Assembly (NCBI GenBank): GCA_045603585.1
Contig: JAZUMK010000030.1
Location: forward strand, 6,607 to 70,606
Source of the DNA: Clostridia bacterium
Lineage (GTDB): Bacteria; Bacillota; Clostridia; Christensenellales; CAG-138
DNA: 64,000 bases
Direction: 5' to 3'
In this document: positions 7,818 through 16,328 of the stretch, in pieces
Layout of the letters: each line of letters starts with the position of its first letter
Numbering within the stretch: position 1 is the first letter of the stretch
Translations under genes and position numbers: made by a program
Notes under the pieces: model-generated
What the model was told of the DNA's origin: nothing
Databases searched by the model: none
What the model saw: only the letters and a program-made list of their open reading frames with translations

Positions 7818-9026
7818 TTACTCAACCACCGGAGGAACGTCTATCACCACATCGCTGAGGGGGAAGGCGCAGCAGGGATGGATGTAGCCGTAGATAAGGT
7901 CTGCCTCACGGCGGCCGTCGACCGACTTGGGAGTATATACCTCACCGCTTACCAGCCGGGAATGGCACCAGCCGCATTCGCCGCTGCGGCAATGAGCGGG
8001 AGCGGCAATGCCTGCGTATTCCATGGTGCGGAGCAGTGACTGGTTTGCGGGGGCGGTAAGGGTATATTCCTTGCCTGCCATGCGAACCGTCAGCCTGAAC
8101 TCGGGGGCGATCTCAGCAGGATAATCTGCTTCCCTGGCAGGGTTGAAGTATTCGCCGAACATTTCGTGGCGTATGAACTTTCTGCGAAGGCCGAGGGTTG
8201 CGATCTCCTTATCCACAAAGTTGTACATGGCGGCGGGGCCGCAGATGAATATGGTGTAGTCTCCTTCGGGAGCGTACTTGCGGATAAGGTCTGCGGTGAT
8301 AAAGCCGTGCTCTTTGCCTTCAACAGGCTCGCCGCTGATAACATTCACATACTTGAAATTGGGGCAGGTGCGTGCAAGCTCTTCGAATTCATCGTTAAAC
8401 AGAGCTTCCTCGATGGAATCGCTGCCGTAGAGCAGTATCATGCTGGCGTCTTCATCGCCGTCTGCGATGGCCTTTGCCATGGAGCGGAAGGGAGTAACGC
8501 CGCCGCCGCCGGAAAGGCATACGATATTCTTTGCATCCCGCAGGGGCTCGTAGGTGAATACGCCCAAAGGCTCGGACGCGGTCACCTGAGTGCCTACTTC
8601 CCAGTTATCCAGTATGTATCCGGATGCAAGGCCGTCATCCACGCGGCGTATGGTCAGCATGTAGTAGCCCTTTTCCAGCGCCTCGCGGGGGGAGGAGGCG
8701 AGGGAGTAGGGGCGTGAGAGGCTCATGCTGCCTATCTTAAGCCTTATGGAAATATACTGGCCGGCATTGAACCATGCAAGGGCCTTTGTGCCCTTTTCCG
8801 CGTCCGCTTCAAGGTAGAAGGACTTGGTAAAGGCATCCTCCTCCACTATCTTTGCAACCTTGAGATACTGTACCTTGGGATGCAGGGCGTTGGCTATCTG
8901 ATTGGGATGGTAGGAATCCGCCTCGGGCAGCTTTTTTGCAGGGGCTGCTGCAATTTTTTCATTGCGGGCGGGGGTCATCTTGGTAAAGTCCATGGGGTTA
9001 AGCTTCCAAAGCTTGGGTTTTGCCAT
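7818..9026 (-). CDS. FNR-like flavin reductase with a C-terminal plant-type [2Fe-2S] ferredoxin domain (PDR/VanB-like)
   Basis: It has RPYSLASSP (the RxYS FAD motif), GGGGVTPFRSM (NAD(P)H motif) and CRSGECGWCHSRLVSGEV (Cx4Cx2C). I place the start at MAKPKLW (9026), which lies right at the stop of the upstream gene. Confidence 0.85.
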   Translation of the reverse strand: MAKPKLWKLNPMDFTKMTPARNEKIAAAPAKKLPEADSYHPNQIANALHPKVQYLKVAKIVEEDAFTKSFYLEADAEKGTKALAWFNAGQYISIRLKIGSMSLSRPYSLASSPREALEKGYYMLTIRRVDDGLASGYILDNWEVGTQVTASEPLGVFTYEPLRDAKNIVCLSGGGGVTPFRSMAKAIADGDEDASMILLYGSDSIEEALFNDEFEELARTCPNFKYVNVISGEPVEGKEHGFITADLIRKYAPEGDYTIFICGPAAMYNFVDKEIATLGLRRKFIRHEMFGEYFNPAREADYPAEIAPEFRLTVRMAGKEYTLTAPANQSLLRTMEYAGIAAPAHCRSGECGWCHSRLVSGEVYTPKSVDGRREADLIYGYIHPCCAFPLSDVVIDVPPVVE

Positions 9027-9027
9027 A

Positions 9028-10542
9028 TCAAGCACCTCCCTTGATTCTCTTTGCCACACGTTTGCCTATGGTATCGCCCATTATGTAGGCGCAGCTGTAA
9101 CCGTCGCCGCGGATGTAATGGCCGCCGCAGAAGCTGAGGCCGGGTATGGCGTAGTCTGTCTTTTCTCCTGCGGTACGGGCCATAAGGTTATCCCAGCCGG
9201 AGAGGCGATAGCCGTAAATGGTGCCTTCGGGTGTGCCGAGGTATCTGGCGAAGGTAACGGGGGTTGCCACGCTTATCTCTTCGATATGAGGCATTATGGA
9301 GATATTCAGCGCCTTTTCGGCATCCTCTATATACTTCCTGGCAAGGGCATTCTTCCATTTTTTGTAATCCTGGGGCTTAAGGTCCTTGGGAACGTCTCCG
9401 CCGTAAATGGGCATAGTGAAGAACAGGGTGCAGGTGCCCTCGGGGGAACTGTCGGGGATTACATTGTTCAAGCAGTTTACTATGTACAGGCCGTCCTCCA
9501 GACGGGTGTCGTTCTGTACGCGGGGATCCGGATGACCCTGAATGAATACCGTATAATCCTTAAGGCCAAGCTCCTCTGCGGTGCAGTCCAGACCAAGATA
9601 GATGGTGGCTACGGATATGCCGAAATCGCGGGCATTGGCAAGCTTGAGGTTCTGCTCCGGGATCACGCTCTGGTCGCTCATGTTGAATACGTTATTGGGA
9701 ATAACGTTGGAGATGACCTCTGTGGAGTAAAGCTCCTCGCCGTTTGCAACAACGCCTGCCACGCTGCCATCCTCATGATAAAGGAACTTGGTAACTTCGC
9801 TGTTGTAGCGTACTTCGCCGCCGTTTTTTACAATAACATCCACCAGCGCGAGGGACATTTCGTGGGAGCGATGGCGGGGCATTGCGGCGCCGTCCACAAC
9901 GTAGTCGTGTACCATATTGAGAAAGTGCATTGCGTTCAGTTCGTCTGTGGGTACGCCCAGATAACCCCAGTATGTGTTGATTATATCCTGAGCGGCCTTG
10001 GGTATGCCAAGGGCTGTCATGACCTGCTCTACGGAGTGGCCTGCCACACGCATAAAGTCGGTATGCTTAAGCAGCATGGTGAGGCCCTTGGGCTTGCCCT
10101 TCATTGCGTATATGTATGCGATCGCTGCGTCTATTTTAGGCTTGAGGGCAAGGAAGGCGCGTACGTTTTCCTTGCAGCCGGGAACGGCATCATCCACGCT
10201 CTGGCAGAAATCCTCTATGCCCGCTTTGAGCACCAGGTCGTAATTGCCGGCTTTGTTTATTACGCGGAAAATATCGTGCTCATATTCCCAGTTTATCTTG
10301 GTGCCCAGCTCATCCAGCACCTTGTAAACGGTATTGGGCTTTTCTTTGGTTCCTACGCTGCACAGCTCATGCAGAGACGGCTCAAACTCAAACCGCCCTC
10401 TGCGGAAGCTGGTGGCGCAGCCGCCGGGAAGGTTGTGCTTTTCAAGCAGCAGCGTTTTAAGGCCCGCTTTGGCAGTATTTGCCGCAGCAGCAAGGCCGCC
10501 GTTGCCTGCGCCAACCACTATGACATCGTATTTGTTGTCCAT
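9028..10542 (-). CDS. CrtI / phytoene-desaturase-family NAD(P)/FAD-dependent oxidoreductase
   Basis: The N-terminus is YDVIVVGAGNGGLAAAANTAKAGLKTLLLEKHNLPGGCATSF, a dinucleotide-binding fold. At 504 aa the length is typical of CrtI- or RetSat-like enzymes. Confidence 0.85.
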   Translation of the reverse strand: MDNKYDVIVVGAGNGGLAAAANTAKAGLKTLLLEKHNLPGGCATSFRRGRFEFEPSLHELCSVGTKEKPNTVYKVLDELGTKINWEYEHDIFRVINKAGNYDLVLKAGIEDFCQSVDDAVPGCKENVRAFLALKPKIDAAIAYIYAMKGKPKGLTMLLKHTDFMRVAGHSVEQVMTALGIPKAAQDIINTYWGYLGVPTDELNAMHFLNMVHDYVVDGAAMPRHRSHEMSLALVDVIVKNGGEVRYNSEVTKFLYHEDGSVAGVVANGEELYSTEVISNVIPNNVFNMSDQSVIPEQNLKLANARDFGISVATIYLGLDCTAEELGLKDYTVFIQGHPDPRVQNDTRLEDGLYIVNCLNNVIPDSSPEGTCTLFFTMPIYGGDVPKDLKPQDYKKWKNALARKYIEDAEKALNISIMPHIEEISVATPVTFARYLGTPEGTIYGYRLSGWDNLMARTAGEKTDYAIPGLSFCGGHYIRGDGYSCAYIMGDTIGKRVAKRIKGGA

Positions 10543-10755
10543 AATGCTCCTCCTTTGCCTGATATGATTAAATAAAGATATGTCTTGTTTTCAGCATAAC
10601 ACCATATATCTGCCGGTTCAAGGATAATATATAAAAAGAGCAAATAAACAATGTGCGATGAAAAAACATTGCGTGATGTTATCACGGAATGAATTATTTT
10701 ATGGAATTATAATGTCTGTATCACAAATGAAAATCCAACAATAAGGAGCGATAAT

Positions 10756-11076
10756 ATGGGTCTTTTTGATTTTTTAAAACAGCCGGATATCAATAACGGA
10801 ATAAAGGAATACAGCCAAACATCAGGCGCGGTGCTGCTGGATGTGAGAACCTATCAGGAATACAGGAGCGGCCACATACCCGGCAGCCAAAATGTTCCTT
10901 TGCAGGCCATTGACAGGGTAGAGGAGAGGTTGGAAAATAAAGATACCCCGCTGTATGTATACTGTCAATCCGGGGCACGAAGCCGGCAGGCAGCAAGGAT
11001 ACTGAAGCAGATGGGCTACAGTAATGTAAACAATATTGGCGGCATTGCCGCTTATTACGGAAAGGTGGAGCGATAA
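10756..11076 (+). CDS. Single-domain rhodanese (sulfurtransferase)
   Basis: The 106-aa protein has the active-site loop YCQSGARS. Confidence 0.85.
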   Translation: MGLFDFLKQPDINNGIKEYSQTSGAVLLDVRTYQEYRSGHIPGSQNVPLQAIDRVEERLENKDTPLYVYCQSGARSRQAARILKQMGYSNVNNIGGIAAYYGKVER

Positions 11077-11077
11077 T

Positions 11078-12769
11078 ATGAAGGTTGTTATTGTTGGCGG
11101 AGTGGCAGGCGGAGCAACCGCCGCAGCCCGTATCAGAAGGCTGGATGAGCAGGCGGAGATAGTGGTATTTGAGCGTTCGGGATATATTTCCTATGCAAAC
11201 TGCGGCCTGCCTTATTATATCGGCGATGTGATAACGGACCCGGAGGAGCTGACTCTTCAGACTCCTGAAAGCTTCTTTTCACGCTTTCGCGTAAATATGA
11301 AAGTACGGCATGAAGTGACTGCAATCCATCCCGACAGAAAAACGGTTTCCGTGAAGAACCTTATAACAGGTGAGGAGTTTGAGGAAAGCTACGATAAGCT
11401 GATACTTTCTCCCGGGGCAAGGCCTGCTCAGCCCAGGCTTCCCGGCGTAGGCATAGATAAGGTGTTTACCCTCCGCACCGTGGAAGATACCTTCCGCATA
11501 AAGAGGTATATCAATGAATATCAGCCAAAATCCGCGGTGCTGGCAGGCGGAGGCTTCATCAGCCTTGAGCTTGCGGAAAACCTCCGGGAGCTGGGAATGG
11601 ATGTTACCATTGTTCAGCGGCCCAGGCAGCTGATGAATCCCTTTGATCAGGATATGGCGGCCTTTATCCACGGCGAAATGCGCAAAAATGGCGTAAAGCT
11701 TGCTTTGGGCCATACCGTCGAGGGTTTTGAGGAAAAGGACGGCGGCGTGGATGTGCTTCTGAAGGATGAAGCTCCCCTTCACGGAGATATGGTGGTGCTT
11801 GCTATCGGCGTTGCACCTGATACTGCTCTTGCAAAAGAGGCGGGCATAGAGCTTGGTATAAAGGACAGCATACTTGTAAACGACAGGATGGAAACCTCTG
11901 TGCCTGACATATATGCCGCAGGCGACGCTGTGCAGGTGAAGCATTTTGTAACCGGTCAGGACGCGCTGATTTCCCTTGCGGGGCCTGCAAATAAGCAGGG
12001 GCGTATCATAGCGGATAACATCTGTGGCGGAGACAGCAGATATAAGGGCAGTCTGGGCAGCAGCGTTATCAAGGTGTTTGGGATTACCGCCGCCGCAACC
12101 GGCCTTAACGAAACCAATGCCCGAAAAGCCGGGCTGAATGTGGATACCGTGATACTTTCTCCCATGAGCCATGCGGGCTATTATCCAGGCGGAAGGGTGA
12201 TGACCATGAAGGTGGTATTTGAAAAGGAAACATACCGTCTGCTGGGCGCACAGATCGTGGGAGCGGAAGGCGTAGACAAGCGCATTGACGTGCTGGCCAC
12301 TGCCATCCATGCAGGGCTGAAGGCCACTCAGCTGAAGGATCTGGACCTTGCCTATGCGCCGCCGTATTCTTCCGCAAAGGACCCTGTAAATATGGCAGGC
12401 TTCATGATAGACAATATTGCCGGCGGTACACTTAAGCAGTGGCATTTTGCGGACGCAGAAAAACTGCCCCGGGATGGCAGTGTAACCTTGCTGGATACCC
12501 GTACCGTGGGAGAATACAGCCGGGGCCATATAGACGGCTTCAGCAATATCCCTGTGGATGAGCTTCGTGAGCGTCTTGATGAGATAGAAAAGGGAAAGCC
12601 CATATATGTTATCTGCCAGAGCGGTTTACGCAGCTATATCGCCTGCAGGATTCTTGAGGGCAATGGATATGAAGCATACAATTTCTCCGGCGGGTTCCGT
12701 TTCTACGATGCGGTTAAGAATGACCGGGCAATTATAGAAGCCGCATTTGACTGCGGAATGGATAAATAA
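11078..12769 (+). CDS. CoA-disulfide/persulfide reductase-like flavoprotein with a C-terminal rhodanese domain (CoADR-RHD)
   Basis: It has VVIVGGVAGGATAA, the redox Cys in SYANCGLPYY, and the C-terminal rhodanese loop ICQSGLRS. I place the start at ATG 11078 (MKVVIVGG), 2 nt after the rhodanese stop. Confidence 0.85.
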   Translation: MKVVIVGGVAGGATAAARIRRLDEQAEIVVFERSGYISYANCGLPYYIGDVITDPEELTLQTPESFFSRFRVNMKVRHEVTAIHPDRKTVSVKNLITGEEFEESYDKLILSPGARPAQPRLPGVGIDKVFTLRTVEDTFRIKRYINEYQPKSAVLAGGGFISLELAENLRELGMDVTIVQRPRQLMNPFDQDMAAFIHGEMRKNGVKLALGHTVEGFEEKDGGVDVLLKDEAPLHGDMVVLAIGVAPDTALAKEAGIELGIKDSILVNDRMETSVPDIYAAGDAVQVKHFVTGQDALISLAGPANKQGRIIADNICGGDSRYKGSLGSSVIKVFGITAAATGLNETNARKAGLNVDTVILSPMSHAGYYPGGRVMTMKVVFEKETYRLLGAQIVGAEGVDKRIDVLATAIHAGLKATQLKDLDLAYAPPYSSAKDPVNMAGFMIDNIAGGTLKQWHFADAEKLPRDGSVTLLDTRTVGEYSRGHIDGFSNIPVDELRERLDEIEKGKPIYVICQSGLRSYIACRILEGNGYEAYNFSGGFRFYDAVKNDRAIIEAAFDCGMDK

Positions 12770-12796
12770 AAAATTCAATTTGTACAATATGCCATA

Positions 12797-12824
12797 TAAA
12801 AAGCACCGCAAGGTGCTTTTTTTG
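12797..12824 (+). terminator. Intrinsic terminator
   Basis: AAAAAGCACCgcaaGGTGCTTTTTTT. Confidence 0.8.
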
Positions 12825-13016
12825 ATATAGGTGCTGTTTAATAAAAAATGGATTTTTGTATGGATTCCACAGATGCAGTATCAAAGGGAGGCTCGCAGGG
12901 GGTGGTTGCAAGGAGGAAAATCATATTCCTGCGGGCTGCTTCTGCAGCCTTTAAACTTTTGCCTTATTATGTTATTCTATATTGGAAAATAACATTTTCA
13001 CAGGAGATATTCCATT

Positions 13017-14309
13017 ATGGCAAAACAGACAAACACGGCTTTGCGTTCGGATGTTATCTATTCCATCTACATAAGAAACCATACTCCCGAAGGCACTTTC
13101 AGCGCCGTTATACCTGACCTTGACCGCATAAAGGCGTTGGGTACGGATATAATATGGTTTTTACCCATACATCCCATAGGCGTAAAAGGCAAAAAGGGAA
13201 GCCTGGGCTGCCCCTATGCAAATAAGGATTACCGTACTGTAAACCCCGAATACGGCACAATGGAAGATTTTCGCCGTCTGGTGGATGAAATTCATGCCCG
13301 TGGTATGAAGTGCATAATAGACGTGGTATATAATCACACTTCTCCCGATTCCACACTGACCGTGGAACATCCTGAGTTTTTCTATCGTAAGCAGGACGGT
13401 ACCATGGGTAATCACGTGGGTGATTGGACAGACGTTGTGGATCTGGACTATACCTGCAGGGAGCTTTGGGATTATCAGGTTGAATCCCTTGTTATGTGGG
13501 CAGGTATAGTCGATGGTTTCCGCTGCGATGTGGCAAGCTTTGTGCCGGTGGAGTTCTGGCTCAGAGCCAGAGAGGCGGTGGAAAAGGTGCGTCCCGGCTG
13601 CATATGGCTTGCAGAAACGGTACACGGCGGCTTTGGTCAGTTTGCCCGCAAGAGCGGCCTGTATTCCGCCAATGACTACGATATGTTTGCAGCCTTTGAT
13701 ATGGAATATGATTACGATATCCGTGAGGTATTTGACCGTTATCTTAAGGGCGAAGCAAATCTGTCAAATTACATAGATATGCTGAATTTTCAGGAGTGTG
13801 CCTATCCGGATAACCATATAAAAATGCGCTGTCTGGAAAATCATGACCAGCCCCGCATATGCTCCTTTATAAAGGATGACCGTTCCCTTGAAAACTTTAC
13901 CGCATTCCTTTACTTCCTCAAGGGGACGACCCTCATTTACGCAGGACAGGAATATAAGGAAGACCATGTACCCAGCCTTTTTGATAAGGATGTATTCCGC
14001 AGGGATGCAGGTAAGGATATAAGCCCGATGTTTGCAGAGCTGTACAGGCTCAAAAAGGACGTTCTTTCCCCTGAAGATTACTTCAAGGGCGGCGCAGATG
14101 ATGCAAATCATATCGCTATACTGGAGAGGGATGACAATATCAACAAAAAAGTTGGCATATTCAGCCTCAAGGGCATGAGCGCGGATGTGAAGGTAAATCT
14201 GCCTGATGGAAATTATATAAACCATCTTAACGGCAGTTCTGCTGCAGTAATTGATGGAACAATCAGATGCGGCGGAAGCCCGATAGTAATTTCAGCATCA
14301 TCAAATTAA
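13017..14309 (+). CDS. GH13 alpha-amylase-family glycoside hydrolase, cytoplasmic (no signal peptide)
   Basis: It has DVVYNHTS, GFRCDVA and AETV/ENHD regions corresponding to GH13 conserved regions I-IV. Confidence 0.85.
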   Translation: MAKQTNTALRSDVIYSIYIRNHTPEGTFSAVIPDLDRIKALGTDIIWFLPIHPIGVKGKKGSLGCPYANKDYRTVNPEYGTMEDFRRLVDEIHARGMKCIIDVVYNHTSPDSTLTVEHPEFFYRKQDGTMGNHVGDWTDVVDLDYTCRELWDYQVESLVMWAGIVDGFRCDVASFVPVEFWLRAREAVEKVRPGCIWLAETVHGGFGQFARKSGLYSANDYDMFAAFDMEYDYDIREVFDRYLKGEANLSNYIDMLNFQECAYPDNHIKMRCLENHDQPRICSFIKDDRSLENFTAFLYFLKGTTLIYAGQEYKEDHVPSLFDKDVFRRDAGKDISPMFAELYRLKKDVLSPEDYFKGGADDANHIAILERDDNINKKVGIFSLKGMSADVKVNLPDGNYINHLNGSSAAVIDGTIRCGGSPIVISASSN

Positions 14310-14316
14310 ACTTAAA

Positions 14317-14356
14317 CAGCATGCACCGCAAATACATAAATTTTGCGGTGCTGCTT
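14317..14356 (+). terminator. Intrinsic terminator
   Basis: CAGCATGCACCGCAAA...TTTTGCGGTGCTGC followed by TTTTAT. Confidence 0.7.
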
Positions 14357-14508
14357 TTATGTGATGATTTTTTTCAGCATATAATAAGAGGCGGAGCGAT
14401 TTTATTTGCTGTGCGGGTGGTTTTGGGATATACTATTAATGGATACAAATCTACTGTTATGTATAAAGCAGCATTGTCGGCCATATTTGGAAAGGCGGTA
14501 TAAGGCCT

Positions 14509-15006
14509 GTGTCAGAATCATCAAGAGAATATAAATCATATAAAAAAGGCGAGATAATATTTAAACAGGGAGACCCTGCGGATTGTATGTATGATATCCG
14601 CTGGGGCAGCGTTGGCATATACCTTAATTACGGTACATCCGGCGAAAAGATGCTGGCACAGCTCAGAGGAGATGATATCTTCGGTGAAATGGGCCTTGTG
14701 GATGAGGCGCCCCGCAGCGCCACGGCTGTTGCGCTGGAGAGGGAAACCAGGGTGGAGGTAATAAACCGCAATACCTTCAGCCGTTATCTCAAGGAGCGGC
14801 CGGAAAAGGTTATCGCAGTTATGCAGAGCATGGGCAAGCGCATACGCGACCTTACGGACGATTACATGGAGGCATGCCGCGCCATAAAGGAAGCCGTGGA
14901 GTCCCAGCAGGAGGGCAGGGAAAAGAGCGGCTGGTTTAAGGACAGGGCCGGACGGTTTGTGGAGGAGTATAAAGGAGCTTCACAAAACTATACAGATAAG
15001 GAGTGA
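14509..15006 (+). CDS. Stand-alone cyclic-nucleotide-binding (CNB) domain protein, no DNA-binding domain
   Basis: The 165-aa protein has the phosphate-binding cassette FGEMGLVDEAPRSATAVA and a roughly 50-aa helical C-terminal tail. It uses a GTG start. Confidence 0.85.
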   Translation: MSESSREYKSYKKGEIIFKQGDPADCMYDIRWGSVGIYLNYGTSGEKMLAQLRGDDIFGEMGLVDEAPRSATAVALERETRVEVINRNTFSRYLKERPEKVIAVMQSMGKRIRDLTDDYMEACRAIKEAVESQQEGREKSGWFKDRAGRFVEEYKGASQNYTDKE

Positions 15007-15014
15007 CATCAGGC

Positions 15015-15536
15015 ATGGAAGATATGCTCCGTTATTATAAAAAGGGCGATGTCATATTTGAAGAAGGCAGCTTTGAAATGTGGATGTATGTGCTCAATAA
15101 GGGCCGCGTAGGCATATTTGCAGGCTATGGCGGGCCGGATGAAAGGATGCTTACAGAGATAAGCGGAGGGCATGGCGCAACATTCGGCGAAATGGGCCTG
15201 ATCGATTCCAAGCGCCGCTCTGCAACAGCGGTGGCCCTTGAGGATATAGAGGTTTGCCTTATCAGCGGCGCAAACTTCGGCAGTTACTTTGGCGATGACC
15301 CGGACGTATTGCTGGATATGATGAAAAACATGAGCAGGCGTATACGGCTGCTGACCGCTGATTATATGGATGCCTGCAGGGTGGTAACCGAAATTATCGA
15401 AGGCGAAAAAGAAAAAAAGTCTGCCGGCAGCTGGTTTGTTGAAAAGGTAAGCAAATTTATCAGCGACTATGCCGAGGCCATAGCAAGCGTCAGCGACAGC
15501 GGAACAATATACAACATTCAGGACAGCAACAGGTAA
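15015..15536 (+). CDS. Second stand-alone CNB-domain protein (paralogue of the upstream gene)
   Basis: It has FGEMGLIDSKRRSATAVA. Its C-terminal tail shares the (D)DYM(E/D)ACR...SGWF motifs with the neighbour. ATG 15015 sits 9 nt after an AAGGAG. Confidence 0.85.
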   Translation: MEDMLRYYKKGDVIFEEGSFEMWMYVLNKGRVGIFAGYGGPDERMLTEISGGHGATFGEMGLIDSKRRSATAVALEDIEVCLISGANFGSYFGDDPDVLLDMMKNMSRRIRLLTADYMDACRVVTEIIEGEKEKKSAGSWFVEKVSKFISDYAEAIASVSDSGTIYNIQDSNR

Positions 15537-15542
15537 TTTATT

Positions 15543-16328
15543 ATGTCAGAATTCCTTTTTCAGATACAGCCAAGATATGCTGAGCGGGATAAGCTCTGCG
15601 AATTTGCATTGCAGGAAAATCTCTGTTACGAACCTATAGAAATGTACATGGCTCCTGCCATGATAAATGAATCTCTTTGCAGTGAGCTGAAGAATTGGCA
15701 CAAAAGCCTTGGCCGTACAAGGGCGATCCACGGTGCATTTATAGACGTAAATCCCGTCAGTGCATCTGCTGCTGTAAGGGAACATTCCAGAGCCTGCTGT
15801 GAGGACAGCTGCCTTTTTGCCAAAGAGCTGGGGGCAGAGCAGGTTGTGTTTCATTCAAGCTGCGCGCCTTTTTTGAGGGGAGCATATATTGATACATGGG
15901 CCAATGCGGCTGCAGGGTATTTTACAGAGCTTGCCGAAAAACACCATATTACCATCTGTTTGGAAAACAGCATGGATATCGACCCTGATCCGCTGGAAGC
16001 CGTAATGAAAAGGGTATCCGGCGACAGGGTAAAGGTGTGTCTGGATATAGGCCATGTGAATTATTCAAATGCCCCGATGGAAGCCTGGTTTGACAGGCTG
16101 GGAGATTATATCGGCTATCTGCATCTGTCGGACAATAATGGCAAATACGATGACCATCTGCCCCTTGGAGATGGCAGCGTGGATTGGGAAAAGGCGGATA
16201 AGCTGTGGCGGAGCCTTAACAGGGATGTTCCCATCACCCTTGAGGTAGGGGGCATGGATGGCGTGAAGAAATCATTGAACTATCTTAAGCGGCACGGTTG
16301 GTTTTGCGGCGGAAAGGATGCAGAATGA
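15543..16328 (+). CDS. Xylose-isomerase-like TIM-barrel protein (sugar phosphate isomerase/epimerase family)
   Basis: The 261-aa protein shows a pattern of metal-ligand-like residues (VVFHS, CLEN, LDIGH, LHLSDN, TLEV) typical of the AP-endonuclease-2/TIM-barrel family. Confidence 0.75.
   Translation: MSEFLFQIQPRYAERDKLCEFALQENLCYEPIEMYMAPAMINESLCSELKNWHKSLGRTRAIHGAFIDVNPVSASAAVREHSRACCEDSCLFAKELGAEQVVFHSSCAPFLRGAYIDTWANAAAGYFTELAEKHHITICLENSMDIDPDPLEAVMKRVSGDRVKVCLDIGHVNYSNAPMEAWFDRLGDYIGYLHLSDNNGKYDDHLPLGDGSVDWEKADKLWRSLNRDVPITLEVGGMDGVKKSLNYLKRHGWFCGGKDAE

Noticed and set aside
7640-8039. A Lys/Arg-rich ORF (7640-7825, minus strand) and a Phe/Leu-rich ORF (7704-8039, plus strand).
   Set aside because: They are artefacts of translating the homopurine/homopyrimidine tract, and the second is antisense to the reductase gene.
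12797-12824. An identical 23-nt sequence AAAAAGCACCGCAAGGTGCTTTT occurs at 12797-12824 and again at 48664-48692, with similar GCACCG...CGGTGC hairpins at 14317-14356 and about 22905-22937. I considered a dispersed repeat or MITE.
   Set aside because: All copies are short GC-stem plus U-run terminators placed exactly at gene ends. No flanking repeat structure extends beyond the hairpin, so convergent terminator sequence is the simpler explanation.
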